Numbered from the stretch's first letter, positions 25,502 through 35,259 are shown. The stretch: 49,068 bases of DNA from a bacterium (GCA_030426945.1 JAUHXL010000003.1:1-49068); one strand, 5' to 3'. Translations and numbers: made by a program. Notes: a model not told the origin generated them from the letters alone.

Positions 25502-26983
25502 GTGCGCCGCGCGCTGTGGGGGGCGGTCCTGGTGCTGGTGGGGGTGGGCGCGGCCAGCGCCCGGCCGACGCTGGTGCAGGCCGTCGCCAGCCGCGAGGTC
25601 GTCGAGCGCGAGCCCGTCGGCGTCGCCCAGCGCTTCGCACCCGGTGTCGTCTGGCTCTACCTGCGCGTGGCCAGCGACGCCGCCACCGACCTCCAGCTCG
25701 TGTGGCGGCGCGACGGCGCCGAGCTGCACCGGACCACGCTGAAGATCGGGCGCGGCAAGCGGTGGCGCACCTGGGCGCGTCACCGCGTCGACGCGGGGGC
25801 CTGGCGGGTCGACGTGCTGCACCGGGGCCGCCGCCTGGGCGACGTCCGCTTTCGGGTGCAGCCCGGCGGGGGGCCCGAGGTGCCCGTCGCCGCGGCGCCC
25901 CCCGTCGAGCCGGCGGCGCGCCCGGACCCGCCACCGGCGGCCGCGCCGCCTCGCCCCACCGCGCCGCCCCCGCCCCCGGATCCCGAGGACGCGCCCCCGC
26001 CGCCGCCCCCGCCGCGGATCGAGGCGCTGCCCGCGCAGGTCGAGGCCGAGCCCCTGGCCTGCCGGGCCTGGGTGAACGTGGCGACCGACGATCCGGCCGC
26101 GCCCTACGCGGTGGTCGACGTCGACGTCGCCGCCGGCACCGCCCGCGCCATCACGCCGGGCCTCGTGGTGCGCGACGGACGGGCGCTGTACGGGCTGCGC
26201 GTGCGCCCGCACCGCGTCCACGAGCGCGGATCCCACGGCAGCGTCCGCCGCACCTGGGATCTGTTGATGGGCGCCCGCGTGCCCGACGGCCCCCCCGTCA
26301 CCTGGCACGGCTACCCGGCGACGCTGGCGCCGCCCGGCGCCGACGCCGCGCGCGGCGCGGTCTACGAGGAGTCCAACCGGCTGCGGGTGCTGGGCACCTA
26401 CGGCCCCTTCGTCGCGCTGCGGGCCGATCTGGGCGGCTTCGCCGGCGAGGGTCAGGACTTCGATCATTCGCGCTATGCCTGGGTGCGCGCGCCGGGCGAG
26501 ACCGCCGATCCCATCGCCTCGGTGGTGGGACACCCGGCGCGCGACGCCGCCGCCTGGCTGGCCGCGCATCCCTACCGGGGGGAGGGGCCGCCGCCCGAGC
26601 TCGGCGGCCACGACTTCAAACGCAGCGCGCTGGTGTGGGACGCCGGGCGCCTCGGCCTGCGCACGCTGGTGCGCTGCTGCACCTTCGCGGCCAACCGCAA
26701 CCACCTCGAGCTGGTGTTGCCGGTGCAGCCGAACGACCTCCTGGCGCGGCGGCTGCCCGACGACGCCGGGGTTTGGCCGGATCCGCGGGGCTGCGGCGCC
26801 GTCGGTCTGGCCGAGGGTCGGATGCTGGCGCGGCAGGGCAACGGCGCGCTGAAGCCGGTGCGCGCCGTGAGCGGCGCGCGCACGACGCGGCTGTTGGGCG
26901 TGGTGTGGGTGCGTCCGCGCGACCGGTGGTCGTGGGACGAGGTGCGGCAGGTGTCGTCGCGGCTCGCGTCGAGGCCGCGGTGA
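25502..26983 (+). CDS. Secreted protein: DUF2914-like Ig domain, Pro-rich linker, unknown C-terminal domain
   Basis: GGAGG RBS then GTG; signal peptide; VVEREPVG...RWRTW...GAWRVDV pattern; poly-Pro linker. Confidence 0.7.
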   Translation: MRRALWGAVLVLVGVGAASARPTLVQAVASREVVEREPVGVAQRFAPGVVWLYLRVASDAATDLQLVWRRDGAELHRTTLKIGRGKRWRTWARHRVDAGAWRVDVLHRGRRLGDVRFRVQPGGGPEVPVAAAPPVEPAARPDPPPAAAPPRPTAPPPPPDPEDAPPPPPPPRIEALPAQVEAEPLACRAWVNVATDDPAAPYAVVDVDVAAGTARAITPGLVVRDGRALYGLRVRPHRVHERGSHGSVRRTWDLLMGARVPDGPPVTWHGYPATLAPPGADAARGAVYEESNRLRVLGTYGPFVALRADLGGFAGEGQDFDHSRYAWVRAPGETADPIASVVGHPARDAAAWLAAHPYRGEGPPPELGGHDFKRSALVWDAGRLGLRTLVRCCTFAANRNHLELVLPVQPNDLLARRLPDDAGVWPDPRGCGAVGLAEGRMLARQGNGALKPVRAVSGARTTRLLGVVWVRPRDRWSWDEVRQVSSRLASRPR

Positions 26984-27002
26984 GGCTTGCGTCGGCGGCG
27001 CG

Positions 27003-27311
27003 TCAGGCGCGGCCGACCTCCGGGGGCGCCTCGGCGGGCGTTCGCTCGGGCGGGGTGAGCGCGCCCCATGGGTCGAGCGTCGCGCCGACGTCGCGGGCGC
27101 AGGCGGGGCACATGGTCGCCTCGGTCTGGATCTCGTAGCCGCTGCCGCCAGGATCGTCGCGCCAACGCTTGCGGTTGAAGCGGTCCTTGCGCCGTCCGGG
27201 CGACTGGCTCTTCGAGCGGTGCGGGTACTGGGTGGGTCGCGCTTCGACGACGACGCGATGCGCGGGCGTGCCGGGTTGGGTCACCCGGTGACAGGAATCA
27301 CATGTGAACAT
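27003..27311 (-). CDS. Small Zn-ribbon protein (CxxC...CxxC)
   Basis: GGAGG RBS; MFTCDSC at the N-terminus and MCPAC near the C-terminus, with a basic loop between. Confidence 0.75.
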   Translation of the reverse strand: MFTCDSCHRVTQPGTPAHRVVVEARPTQYPHRSKSQSPGRRKDRFNRKRWRDDPGGSGYEIQTEATMCPACARDVGATLDPWGALTPPERTPAEAPPEVGRA

Positions 27312-27415
27312 GCCTCCAGCCATCCTGCGGGATCCGCGGGTTGGCTGAGTCCCCGCGGATGTCGGCTCGAGGGGCGCCGCTGGACGCCGGCTCGGCCGCG
27401 TGTTGCACGTCCGAC

Positions 27416-27444
27416 ACCGTAGCCGAAGGTGGAAATGCTTTCAA
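27416..27444 (-). promoter_or_regulatory. Putative sigma70 promoter for the Zn-ribbon gene
   Basis: Minus strand reads TTGAAA, 17 nt, TACGGT, in an AT-enriched intergenic region. Confidence 0.5.
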
Positions 27445-27649
27445 GGCGAATGATTTGTGTACGTTGCTTTCGCGTGGTCCTTCCCGCCGGCGGCACAGGC
27501 CTTGCTCAGGGCGACCCCCCGATGCAGAATCGCGCGCCCGAAACCGCCCCCGCCCCGCCGCCCGGAGTGCTCGTGCTCCACCGGCGCCGGCGGCTGGGAG
27601 TACGCGTACTCCAGGCGGTGGTCGGGCGCCTCGAAAGGACGGTGAGGCC

Positions 27650-29098
27650 ATGAACGGACGGGTCGAACAGGCGGTCATCCTGGCCGCGGGGATGGGCACG
27701 CGCATCCGCGGCGAATCGCAGCCCCTGCCCAAGCCCCTGGTGCAGGTGGGCGGGCTGCCCCTCATCAAGCGCACCCTGCTGACGGCCCGCAAGGCCGGCG
27801 TCACCCGCTTCGTGGTGGTGGTCGGCTGCGACGGCGATCGCGTGCGCGCCGCGGTGGCCGACGATCCCGAGCTCGCCGGGCTCGAGGTGCAGTTCGTCGA
27901 CAACGCGGACTACCAGCTGAAGAACGGCGTCAGCGTGCTGAAGGCCCAGCCCTTCGTGCACGGTGAGTTCTTCCTGTTGATGAGCGATCACGTCTTCGAT
28001 CCCGCCATCCTGCACACCCTGCAGGGCACGCCGGCCCGCGACGGGCTGGTGCTGGCGGTCGATCGCAAGCTGTCGACCATCTTCGACATGGACGACGCCA
28101 CCAAGGTGAAGGTGGGCGCCCGCGATCGCATCGTCGACATCGGCAAGGAGATCCTCGACTACGACGCCATCGACACCGGCGTCTTCCGCTGCGCGCCGGC
28201 CCTGTTCGAGGCGCTGCAGGTGGTGCTCGACGAGACCGGCGACGCCTCGCTGAGCGAGGGCGTGAAGCTGCTGGCCACGAAGGATCGCGCCCGGGTCGCC
28301 GACGTGGGCGAGGCGTGGTGGCAGGACGTCGACGATCTGCCCACCCGCAAGCACGCCGAGAAGCTGCTGTTCGCGTCGCTGACCAAGAAGATCGACGGCC
28401 CCGTCAGCCGGCACATCAACCGCCGGTTCAGCAAGACCATCACCCGCCTGGTGATGAACACGAACATCGTGCCGAACCACATGACCGCGGTGGGCTTGGT
28501 GATCGGCCTCGCCTCGGCGGTGGTCACGGCGATGGCCACCGCGCAGTCCTTGTGGCTGTTCGCGTTGGGCGGCGTGCTGTACCAGGTCTCGTCGATGATC
28601 GACGGCTGCGACGGCGAGATCGCCCGGCTGAAGTTCAAGCACAGCGACTGGGGCGAGTGGTTCGACACCATCTCGGACGACGTGATCAACCTCAGCTACC
28701 AGCTGTCGCTGGGCTTCGCGATCGCCAACATCACCGGCGCCGGCATCTGGCTGCACATCGGCATCGCCACCTTCGTGCTCGGCTGGGTCGTCTGCCTCGC
28801 GCTGTACCGCAAGCTGCTGCAGAGCGGGAAGGGCACCCACCTGGCGATCGAGTGGAGCTACCTCGAGGCCGACGCCCAGGCCAGCCTCTTCCAGCGCTTC
28901 TGCGCCCGGTTCGAGTTCGTCGCCCGCCGGGACTTCTACGCCCTGCTGCTGATGGTCGTCAGCTTCTTGGGGGTCGGGCCGCTGAAGGTCATCTTGGTGG
29001 CCAGCTTCGCGACGGTGGCCATCGTCGCCGTGCAGTACTTCAGCACCGCCTTCAAGGGCGGCGCCGAGCAGCGCGATCAGGCGCGTCAGGCGGGCTGA
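27650..29098 (+). CDS. Bifunctional NTP-transferase / CDP-alcohol phosphotransferase (IPCT/DIPPS-like)
   Basis: N-terminal ILAAGMGTR...PKPL, NGVS, MSDH, ATKV and IDTG. C-terminal DGCDGEIAR...GEWFDTISD with TM helices. Confidence 0.9.
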   Translation: MNGRVEQAVILAAGMGTRIRGESQPLPKPLVQVGGLPLIKRTLLTARKAGVTRFVVVVGCDGDRVRAAVADDPELAGLEVQFVDNADYQLKNGVSVLKAQPFVHGEFFLLMSDHVFDPAILHTLQGTPARDGLVLAVDRKLSTIFDMDDATKVKVGARDRIVDIGKEILDYDAIDTGVFRCAPALFEALQVVLDETGDASLSEGVKLLATKDRARVADVGEAWWQDVDDLPTRKHAEKLLFASLTKKIDGPVSRHINRRFSKTITRLVMNTNIVPNHMTAVGLVIGLASAVVTAMATAQSLWLFALGGVLYQVSSMIDGCDGEIARLKFKHSDWGEWFDTISDDVINLSYQLSLGFAIANITGAGIWLHIGIATFVLGWVVCLALYRKLLQSGKGTHLAIEWSYLEADAQASLFQRFCARFEFVARRDFYALLLMVVSFLGVGPLKVILVASFATVAIVAVQYFSTAFKGGAEQRDQARQAG

Positions 29099-29655
29099 TC
29101 CGGCCTGCCCGGGTGGTCGTGCAGCGCGGCCGCCACCCGCTCCACCAGCCGCCACACCGCCGCCTCGTCCGGGGCGGGGGGCACGTGGACGAAGCCGACC
29201 AACGGCAGGGCCAGGTCGTGCAGCGCCCGATAGAACACCAGGTTGCACAGGTAGTCGCCGGCGTCGTCGCTGACGCCCACGTCGGCGCCGACCAGATCAC
29301 GCCAGGGCAGGCGCGTGGGCAGCGTGGCGGGGCCGCCCAGCACGACCGCGTCGCCGTCCGGGCCGCAGCCCGCGTGGTCGACGCGCGCGGCGCAGCGGTT
29401 GCGGGCGACGCGCTCGACCTCGATCCGCGCGCGCCCGGTCGCCACGCCGAGCATGATCAGCGCTCGGGGCTCGACCGCGGCGACGGCGGCGCGCAGCGTC
29501 GGCCACGCCTCGGCCCAGGCGGTGGGCAGCGCCCGGCCCGCCACGCGGCGCCCCGCCAGGGTCGCCCCGTCCAGCCCCCGCGCGAGCCACGCGGTGGGGT
29601 TCTCGTCGACCCCGGGGAAGGGGCCGAAGCCGGTGACCAGCACGTCGACGGTCAT
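29086..29655 (-). CDS. pcp: Pyroglutamyl-peptidase I (peptidase C15)
   Basis: Motifs LVTGFGPF, ENP, IEVERVARN, DAGDYLCN and FVHVP. Confidence 0.9.
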   Translation of the reverse strand: MTVDVLVTGFGPFPGVDENPTAWLARGLDGATLAGRRVAGRALPTAWAEAWPTLRAAVAAVEPRALIMLGVATGRARIEVERVARNRCAARVDHAGCGPDGDAVVLGGPATLPTRLPWRDLVGADVGVSDDAGDYLCNLVFYRALHDLALPLVGFVHVPPAPDEAAVWRLVERVAAALHDHPGRPDQPA

Positions 29656-29741
29656 CGGCGCACCGCGCCGCGCCCGTCGCTGCGACGCCCGCGGCGTGTT
29701 CGGCGTCCCATCTGCCCCCGCCTCGGATCAGGAGTCCACCC

Positions 29742-30338
29742 GTGAAGCAGTTCGCCCCCGCCGCCGAGCGCAACCGCGCGCCCATCCTCGAGGTGCTGCA
29801 GGCCGTCCTGCCGTCCCGCGGCCTCGTGCTCGAGATCGGCTGCGGTACGGGTCAGCACGCCGCCTACTTCGCCGCCGCCCTTCCGCACCTGGACTGGCAG
29901 CCGACGGATCGCGAGCCGATGGCCGGCAGCGTCGCCGCCTGGGCCGCCGAGGCGGGCGCCGACAACGTCCGGGCGGCCCTGGCGCTGGACGCGGCGGGGG
30001 CGGACTGGCCGGTGGACGCGGTCGACGCCGTCTACTGCGCCAACGTGATCCACATCTCGCCCTGGGAGACCGCGCAGGGTCTGTTCGCCGGCGCCGCCGC
30101 GCGCTTGCCGGCGGGCGCGCCCCTCGTGCTCTATGGCCCCTTCCGCTTCGGCGGGCGCTTCCTCGCCGACAGCAACGCTGCCTTCGACGCCTCCCTGCGC
30201 GCGCGCGACGCGCGCTGGGGCGTGCGCGACCTCGACGACGTGAAGGCCCTCGCCGAGGCGACCGGGTTCGCCTTCGACCGCCTGGTCGATCGCCCGGCCA
30301 ACAACCACGTCGTCGTCTTCCGCCGGGACGCCGCGTGA
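29742..30338 (+). CDS. DUF938 family SAM-dependent methyltransferase
   Basis: Motifs APAAERN..PIL, LEIGCGTGQH, NVIHISPW, YGPF, SNAAFD.SL and WGVRD. Confidence 0.92.
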   Translation: MKQFAPAAERNRAPILEVLQAVLPSRGLVLEIGCGTGQHAAYFAAALPHLDWQPTDREPMAGSVAAWAAEAGADNVRAALALDAAGADWPVDAVDAVYCANVIHISPWETAQGLFAGAAARLPAGAPLVLYGPFRFGGRFLADSNAAFDASLRARDARWGVRDLDDVKALAEATGFAFDRLVDRPANNHVVVFRRDAA

Positions 30339-30340
30339 TC

Positions 30341-31117
30341 TCACAGCGCGGCCCGCAGGCGCTTGACGCGGTCGACGTCGACCGGGTTGCGCCAGTCGCC
30401 GTCCACCTTGAGCCAGCTGCCCACGATCAGCGCCGCCGCCTCGGCGGCCAGGGCCGGCGCGTCGGCGGGCGTCACGCCGCTGCCCACCGCCACCGGCAGG
30501 CCCGCCGCGCGGGCGGCGCGCACGTGCTCCACGGCCGTCGGTCGGCCGGTGGAGGCGCCGGTGATCACCAGCGCGTCGGCTCCGCAGAAGGCGGCGCCGT
30601 GGGCCAGCGCGGCCAGATCGAGATCCGCGGTCACCGCGTGGGCGGCGTGCTTCTTCTGCACGTCGGCCCAGATCGCGACGTCGGCGCCGAGCGCGCGCCG
30701 GGCGCGCAGGAGCGGCCCGGCGCAGGCGTCGATCCACCCCTCGTCGGCCACGTGCGCGTAGGCGAAGCCCTCCACCCGGACGAAGCACGCGCCGGCGGCG
30801 AGCGCCACGCCGAGGGCCTCCCGGTTGGCGCCCGCGAGCACCTGCACCCCGGTCGGCAGGCCCAGCGCGGTCACCTGGGCGGTGGCCAAGGTCATCGCGG
30901 CCACGGTCTCGGGCGGCACGGCGCCCTTCAGGTAGGGCACATCGCCCATGTTCTCGACCAGCAGCGCGTCGCAGCCGCCCTCGGCCAAGGCGTCCGCGTC
31001 GCGCCGCGCGCCCTCGAGCACCGCGCTCATGTCCCCGGCCCAGGCTGGGCTGCCGGGCAGGGGGCGCAGGTGCACCATGCCCACCAGGCGGCACCGGTCG
31101 GCGTCCAGCTGCATCAT
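30341..31117 (-). CDS. btpA: BtpA/SgcQ family protein
   Basis: Motifs GMVHLRPLPGSP, ENMGDVPY, ADVQKKH, ITGASTG, GSGV and IVGS.LK.DG.W.NPVD. Confidence 0.92.
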   Translation of the reverse strand: MMQLDADRCRLVGMVHLRPLPGSPAWAGDMSAVLEGARRDADALAEGGCDALLVENMGDVPYLKGAVPPETVAAMTLATAQVTALGLPTGVQVLAGANREALGVALAAGACFVRVEGFAYAHVADEGWIDACAGPLLRARRALGADVAIWADVQKKHAAHAVTADLDLAALAHGAAFCGADALVITGASTGRPTAVEHVRAARAAGLPVAVGSGVTPADAPALAAEAAALIVGSWLKVDGDWRNPVDVDRVKRLRAAL

Positions 31118-31217
31118 CGTTGGTCTCCCCCGTGAGTCATCAGGCTCGTATTCCTCTCGAACGTATCGTTATCATGGGGCGCTCCGACGCGCGGGCACCG
31201 TCCAGGGAGCCAGGATC

Positions 31218-32705
31218 TTGAACATCTCACAGCTTCGGTGGAAGGCCCGCCAGCGTCCGGACGACGCCGAGGCGTGGTACGCCCTGGCCCAGGCCCTCCA
31301 CGCTGACGGGCGCGCCGACGAGGCGCGGCCCGCGGCCCGCCGCGCCGCCGAGTGCGCGACGCAGGGCTCGCTGGGGCGCCGCCTGGGGCGCCTGCTGCTG
31401 GCGCTGGGCGAGCGCCCGCAGGCCCTGCGCGTCTGGACCGCCGTGCTCGACGGCGATCCGTCCGACGCCGAGGCGCTGGTGTCGTTGAGCCACCTCCGCC
31501 TGCACACCCGCGACCCGGCCGGCGCCGAGCGCCTGGCGGAGGAGGTCGTCGCGCGCTTCCCCCAGCGGGGCGACGCTCACGTCGCGTTGGCCGAGGTGCG
31601 GGCCGCCCAGGGCCGCCTGGCCGAGGCCGCGGGCCACCTCGCCGAGGCGCAGCGCTTCGGGGTGACCGAGGCCGGGGTCGCCGCGCGCATGCGCGCCCTG
31701 GTCGGGCGCCTCGGGGGCGTCGAGGCGCCGGCCAACGTGCGCCGCTCCGACCGCCGGCGGGAGCCCACCGGGCCGCTGGTGACCGCCAACCGCGCCGACG
31801 AGGCGCCGCGCCGCGCCCCGCCGGTCCTGCAGGGCGTCCTCGCGGGCATCTCCCTGGCTCGGCTGCTGCTGTGGATCGAGGCCACCCAGGCCACCGGGGC
31901 GCTCCGGCTGCCCGACGCCGGGGGCGTGCTGCGGGTGGCCGAGGGCAAGGTGGTGGGCGCGATCGCGCGCGGCGGGCCGCGGCTGGCCGAGGTGCTGCGG
32001 GCGGCCGGCGCGCCGCTGCCCGCGGGCGCCCCGGCCGACGACGACGAGGCGCTGCTGGCCCTTCTGATCGAGCGCGGGACGCCGCCGGCGCGCATGGTGC
32101 AGCGGGCCCTCGCGACGCAGATCGCCCAGACCCTCACGCTGCTGACCGGGGCGCGCGGTCGCTTCGCCTTTCACCCGCGGCCCCTCGAGGGCCTGCCCGC
32201 CGGCTGGCGCCAGCTGCAGCTGCCGGTGGCGCAGCTGCCGCCGCTGCCCGAGACCAGCGAGGCGCCGTCGGGCACCGCCGTCGTCGCCCGCGGCCGCCTG
32301 GGGCGCGCCGGGCTGCAGCCCTTGCGCGGTCTGCTCAGCGGGGCCAGCGGCGTGCTGCGCATCGTGGCGCCGGGCGGCCTGGCCGAGCTCTGGTGGACGC
32401 GCGGCGTCGTCGGCGGCGCGACCGCGAGCACCACGCCGCGCCTGGGGGATGTACTGGTGGAGCGGGGCCTGGCGCCGCGCGCGCTGATCGAGGCGGCCGC
32501 CCACGACGCCGCCGCGGCGCCCCTCGGGCGGCGCCTCGACGGGCGCGTCCCGGCGCTGGCCCTGCGCGCGGCCCTCACCGATCAGGTGCGGCGCGCGGAG
32601 GCCGACGTGGCCAGCTGGGCGACGGGCTATTGGTGGTTCGAGCACGACCCGTCGGGCGCCGCGCAGCGCGCGCCCGACGATCTCACCGGGGAGGGCGCGG
32701 CATGA
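31218..32705 (+). CDS. TPR protein with two DUF4388-like (PatA N-terminal) domains
   Basis: N-terminal TPRs, then LQGVLAGISLARLL...ATGALRL...GRFAF and a second copy ARGRL...SGVLRI...RLGDVLVERG...WATGYWWF. The TTG start is uncertain. Confidence 0.75.
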   Translation: MNISQLRWKARQRPDDAEAWYALAQALHADGRADEARPAARRAAECATQGSLGRRLGRLLLALGERPQALRVWTAVLDGDPSDAEALVSLSHLRLHTRDPAGAERLAEEVVARFPQRGDAHVALAEVRAAQGRLAEAAGHLAEAQRFGVTEAGVAARMRALVGRLGGVEAPANVRRSDRRREPTGPLVTANRADEAPRRAPPVLQGVLAGISLARLLLWIEATQATGALRLPDAGGVLRVAEGKVVGAIARGGPRLAEVLRAAGAPLPAGAPADDDEALLALLIERGTPPARMVQRALATQIAQTLTLLTGARGRFAFHPRPLEGLPAGWRQLQLPVAQLPPLPETSEAPSGTAVVARGRLGRAGLQPLRGLLSGASGVLRIVAPGGLAELWWTRGVVGGATASTTPRLGDVLVERGLAPRALIEAAAHDAAAAPLGRRLDGRVPALALRAALTDQVRRAEADVASWATGYWWFEHDPSGAAQRAPDDLTGEGAA

Positions 32706-33310
32706 ACGAGGCCCCCGATCTGGGCGCGCTGCGCGCGCGGCTCGAGGCGGACGATCGCTCGGCGCGGCGGACGGCCGCGGCGCGGCTGGGACGCTTGTTG
32801 GGCGAGATCGAGGATCCGGCGCCGCTGGCCCCGTTGCTCGAGCGCGCCCTGGCCGACGTCGATCCGGCCGTGCGTCGCTCGGCCGTCGAGGCGCTCGCGG
32901 GCGGCGCGGCGCGGCACCCGGCGCTGGTGGCGCGGCTGGTCGAGTCGCGGCTGAGCGAGGACGAGGTGACGCTGCGGCGCGCGCTGGCCGGCGCCTTCGC
33001 GGCCGCCCTGGTCAGCCTGGGGCTGGCGCCGGCCGCCCACGGCGTCGCGCTGCACGCCCTGGGTGATCCCGACGCCGAGGTGCGGGCGCAGCTGGTGGGC
33101 GCGCTGGCGCGCGTCGCCGAGGCCGGCGCCGCGCTGGACGCGTGGCTGGATGCGCTGGTGACCCGCCTGGACGATCCGGTGGCCGCGGTGCGCGGGGCGG
33201 CGATGCGGGCGCTCCTGGCGGCGGCCCGCCGAGACGCCGCGCACGCGGTGCGCATCCACGGCCGCTTCGCCGCGCAGCGGCGGCGGGCCGAGGCGGGTGG
33301 ATCCGCGTGA
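32702..33310 (+). CDS. HEAT-repeat protein
   Basis: Repeated L.D.DP.VR..A motifs; ATGA overlap with the upstream gene. Confidence 0.8.
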   Translation: MNEAPDLGALRARLEADDRSARRTAAARLGRLLGEIEDPAPLAPLLERALADVDPAVRRSAVEALAGGAARHPALVARLVESRLSEDEVTLRRALAGAFAAALVSLGLAPAAHGVALHALGDPDAEVRAQLVGALARVAEAGAALDAWLDALVTRLDDPVAAVRGAAMRALLAAARRDAAHAVRIHGRFAAQRRRAEAGGSA

Positions 33311-34023
33311 GCTTCGATCCGACGCTCTACACCCTGCTGCACCGGGGCTCGCCTGGCGACGTGGCCTTCTATCGTCGGGTGTGCGACGGCGCCGGCTCGG
33401 TGCTCGAGCTGGGCTGCGGGGACGGGCGCGTCCTGGCCGCCCTGCGCGCCCCCGGCCGCACCCTGGTGGGCCTCGATCTGCACCCCGGCATGGTCGAGGC
33501 GGCGCGCGCGCGCCTCGCGGACGACGCCGCGGTCCACCTGGGCGACATGGCGGACTTCGCGCTCGACGCGCGCTTCGACCGGGTGATCGTGCCCTTCACC
33601 GGCTTCTACTGTCTGCCCGACGACGACGCGATGGTGGCCTGCCTGCGCGCCGTGCGCCGCCACCTGGCGCCCGGCGGCCGCCTCGTGTTCGACGCCTACC
33701 CAGGGGAGCCGCTGCTCGAGGTCGGCGCCTTCGATCCGCGCTGGGAGGCCGTCGCCGAGGTCGAGGCCGGCGGGCGCCGCTGGCTGATCCACGAGCGCGA
33801 CCACAACTGGCCCGCCGACCGCCGCATCGACGTGAGCTACCGGCACGTCGCCGACGACGGCGCCGTGGTCGAGTACACCCTGCGCCACCACTACCTGATC
33901 GCGGCCGACGTCCCTCGGCTGCTGGCGGCCGCCGGCCTGCGGCTGCGCGGGCTGTGGGGCGACTTCGACGGCCGCCCCTTCGATCCCGACGGCGAGCGGC
34001 TGGTCGTCAGCGCCGAGCCCTGA
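33307..34023 (+). CDS. Class I SAM-dependent methyltransferase
   Basis: Motifs DVAFY, VLELGCGDGR, GLDL, GDMADF and HLAPGGRLVFD. GTGA overlap. Confidence 0.9.
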   Translation: MSFDPTLYTLLHRGSPGDVAFYRRVCDGAGSVLELGCGDGRVLAALRAPGRTLVGLDLHPGMVEAARARLADDAAVHLGDMADFALDARFDRVIVPFTGFYCLPDDDAMVACLRAVRRHLAPGGRLVFDAYPGEPLLEVGAFDPRWEAVAEVEAGGRRWLIHERDHNWPADRRIDVSYRHVADDGAVVEYTLRHHYLIAADVPRLLAAAGLRLRGLWGDFDGRPFDPDGERLVVSAEP

Positions 34024-35164
34024 GCACCGCGCCGAGGATGTCGACGCCCTCGAGCACCACCTCGGGCGGCGCGGCGGTGAAGCACAGCCGGACGTGGGTG
34101 GGGAAGGGGCCGAAGCTGGGGCCCGGCGCCAGCAGCAGGCCGCGTTCGACGCAGGCCTCGAGCAGGCCGGTGAGGCCGGCGGCGTCGAGCGCGTCGGCCA
34201 CGTCGAAGAAGAGGAAGGTGCTGCCCTCGGGCGCGGGCAGGCCCAGGCGTCGCGCGGCCTCGGCGCCGACCTCGGCGTAGCCGGCCGCGGCCTCCGCCGC
34301 CCAGGCGTCGCCGGGGCCGTCGAGGGCGCGCTCGGCCGCCACCTGGGCGGCCGTCGGCGTGCTGTAGAAGGTGTGGGTCGACACCTTGCGCAGGTGCTCC
34401 ATCACGTCGGCCGGGCCGACGACGTAGCCGCAGCGGTTGCCCGCCATGCCGTAGGCCTTGCTGAAGCTGTGCGCCGCGAAGGTGCGCTCGGGGGCGAGGG
34501 GTCGCCCGAAGGTGTGGGGCGCGGCGTACGCATAATGCGCGTAGACCTCGTCGGTCCACAGCCAGAGGTCGTGCGCGCGCGCCACGTCGACGAGGGCCTC
34601 GAGGGAGGCGGTGGGCAGCAGGCGGCCCGTGGGGTTGTTGGGCGTGTTCGCGTAGATGGCCACCGTGCGGTGGGTGAGCGCGCCCTCGACCGCGGCGCGC
34701 ACGGTCGGCGCGTCCACCGGGCCGTCGAAGACGGGCACCGGCACCGGCGTGCCGCCCATCGTGCGCACGATGCCGGCGATCAACGGCCAGTAAGGCGCCA
34801 GCAGCAGCACCTCGTCACCCGGCGCCAGCAGCGCGCCGGCCACCGCGCCCAGGCCGCCGGTCGCGCCGGCGGTGACCAGCACCTCGTCGGGGGCCACCGG
34901 CAGCATCGTCGTCGCGCGCTCGCGGGCGACGATGGCGTCGAGCAGCGCGGGCAGCCCGTGCACCGGCGCGTAGCGATGCAGGCCGGGGTGGTCGGCGGTG
35001 CGCAGGGCCTCCATCTGGCACTCGGCGGGCGGCTCCCGCCAGGTGTCGCCGATGTGCAGCGGGTAGGTCGGGCCGCGGTGCGCGGCCAGGCGATGGGCGA
35101 GGCTCGAGTAGACCGAGCCGCCCATCGCGGCGATGGTCGGCGAGACGTGGGGGTGGCGCGGCAC
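34007..35164 (-). CDS. PLP-dependent aminotransferase class I/II
   Basis: Motifs TAGATGG, NTPNNPTG, DEVY and SFSKAYGMAGNRCGY. AGGAGG RBS before GTG 35164. Confidence 0.93.
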   Translation of the reverse strand: MPRHPHVSPTIAAMGGSVYSSLAHRLAAHRGPTYPLHIGDTWREPPAECQMEALRTADHPGLHRYAPVHGLPALLDAIVARERATTMLPVAPDEVLVTAGATGGLGAVAGALLAPGDEVLLLAPYWPLIAGIVRTMGGTPVPVPVFDGPVDAPTVRAAVEGALTHRTVAIYANTPNNPTGRLLPTASLEALVDVARAHDLWLWTDEVYAHYAYAAPHTFGRPLAPERTFAAHSFSKAYGMAGNRCGYVVGPADVMEHLRKVSTHTFYSTPTAAQVAAERALDGPGDAWAAEAAAGYAEVGAEAARRLGLPAPEGSTFLFFDVADALDAAGLTGLLEACVERGLLLAPGPSFGPFPTHVRLCFTAAPPEVVLEGVDILGAVLRARR

Positions 35165-35259
35165 GGGCGTCCTCCTGCCGGGTGGGCGGGCATCATAGCG
35201 CGACCGTTGCACCGGGCGGGGCCGCCCCCGCATGATGAGCCGCGGAGGGGGGATACAGC

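Noticed and set aside
27312-27649. tRNA or known riboswitch in the AT-richer intergenic region
   Set aside because: No cloverleaf, T-loop or recognisable aptamer consensus was seen. Only the promoter and stems are reported.
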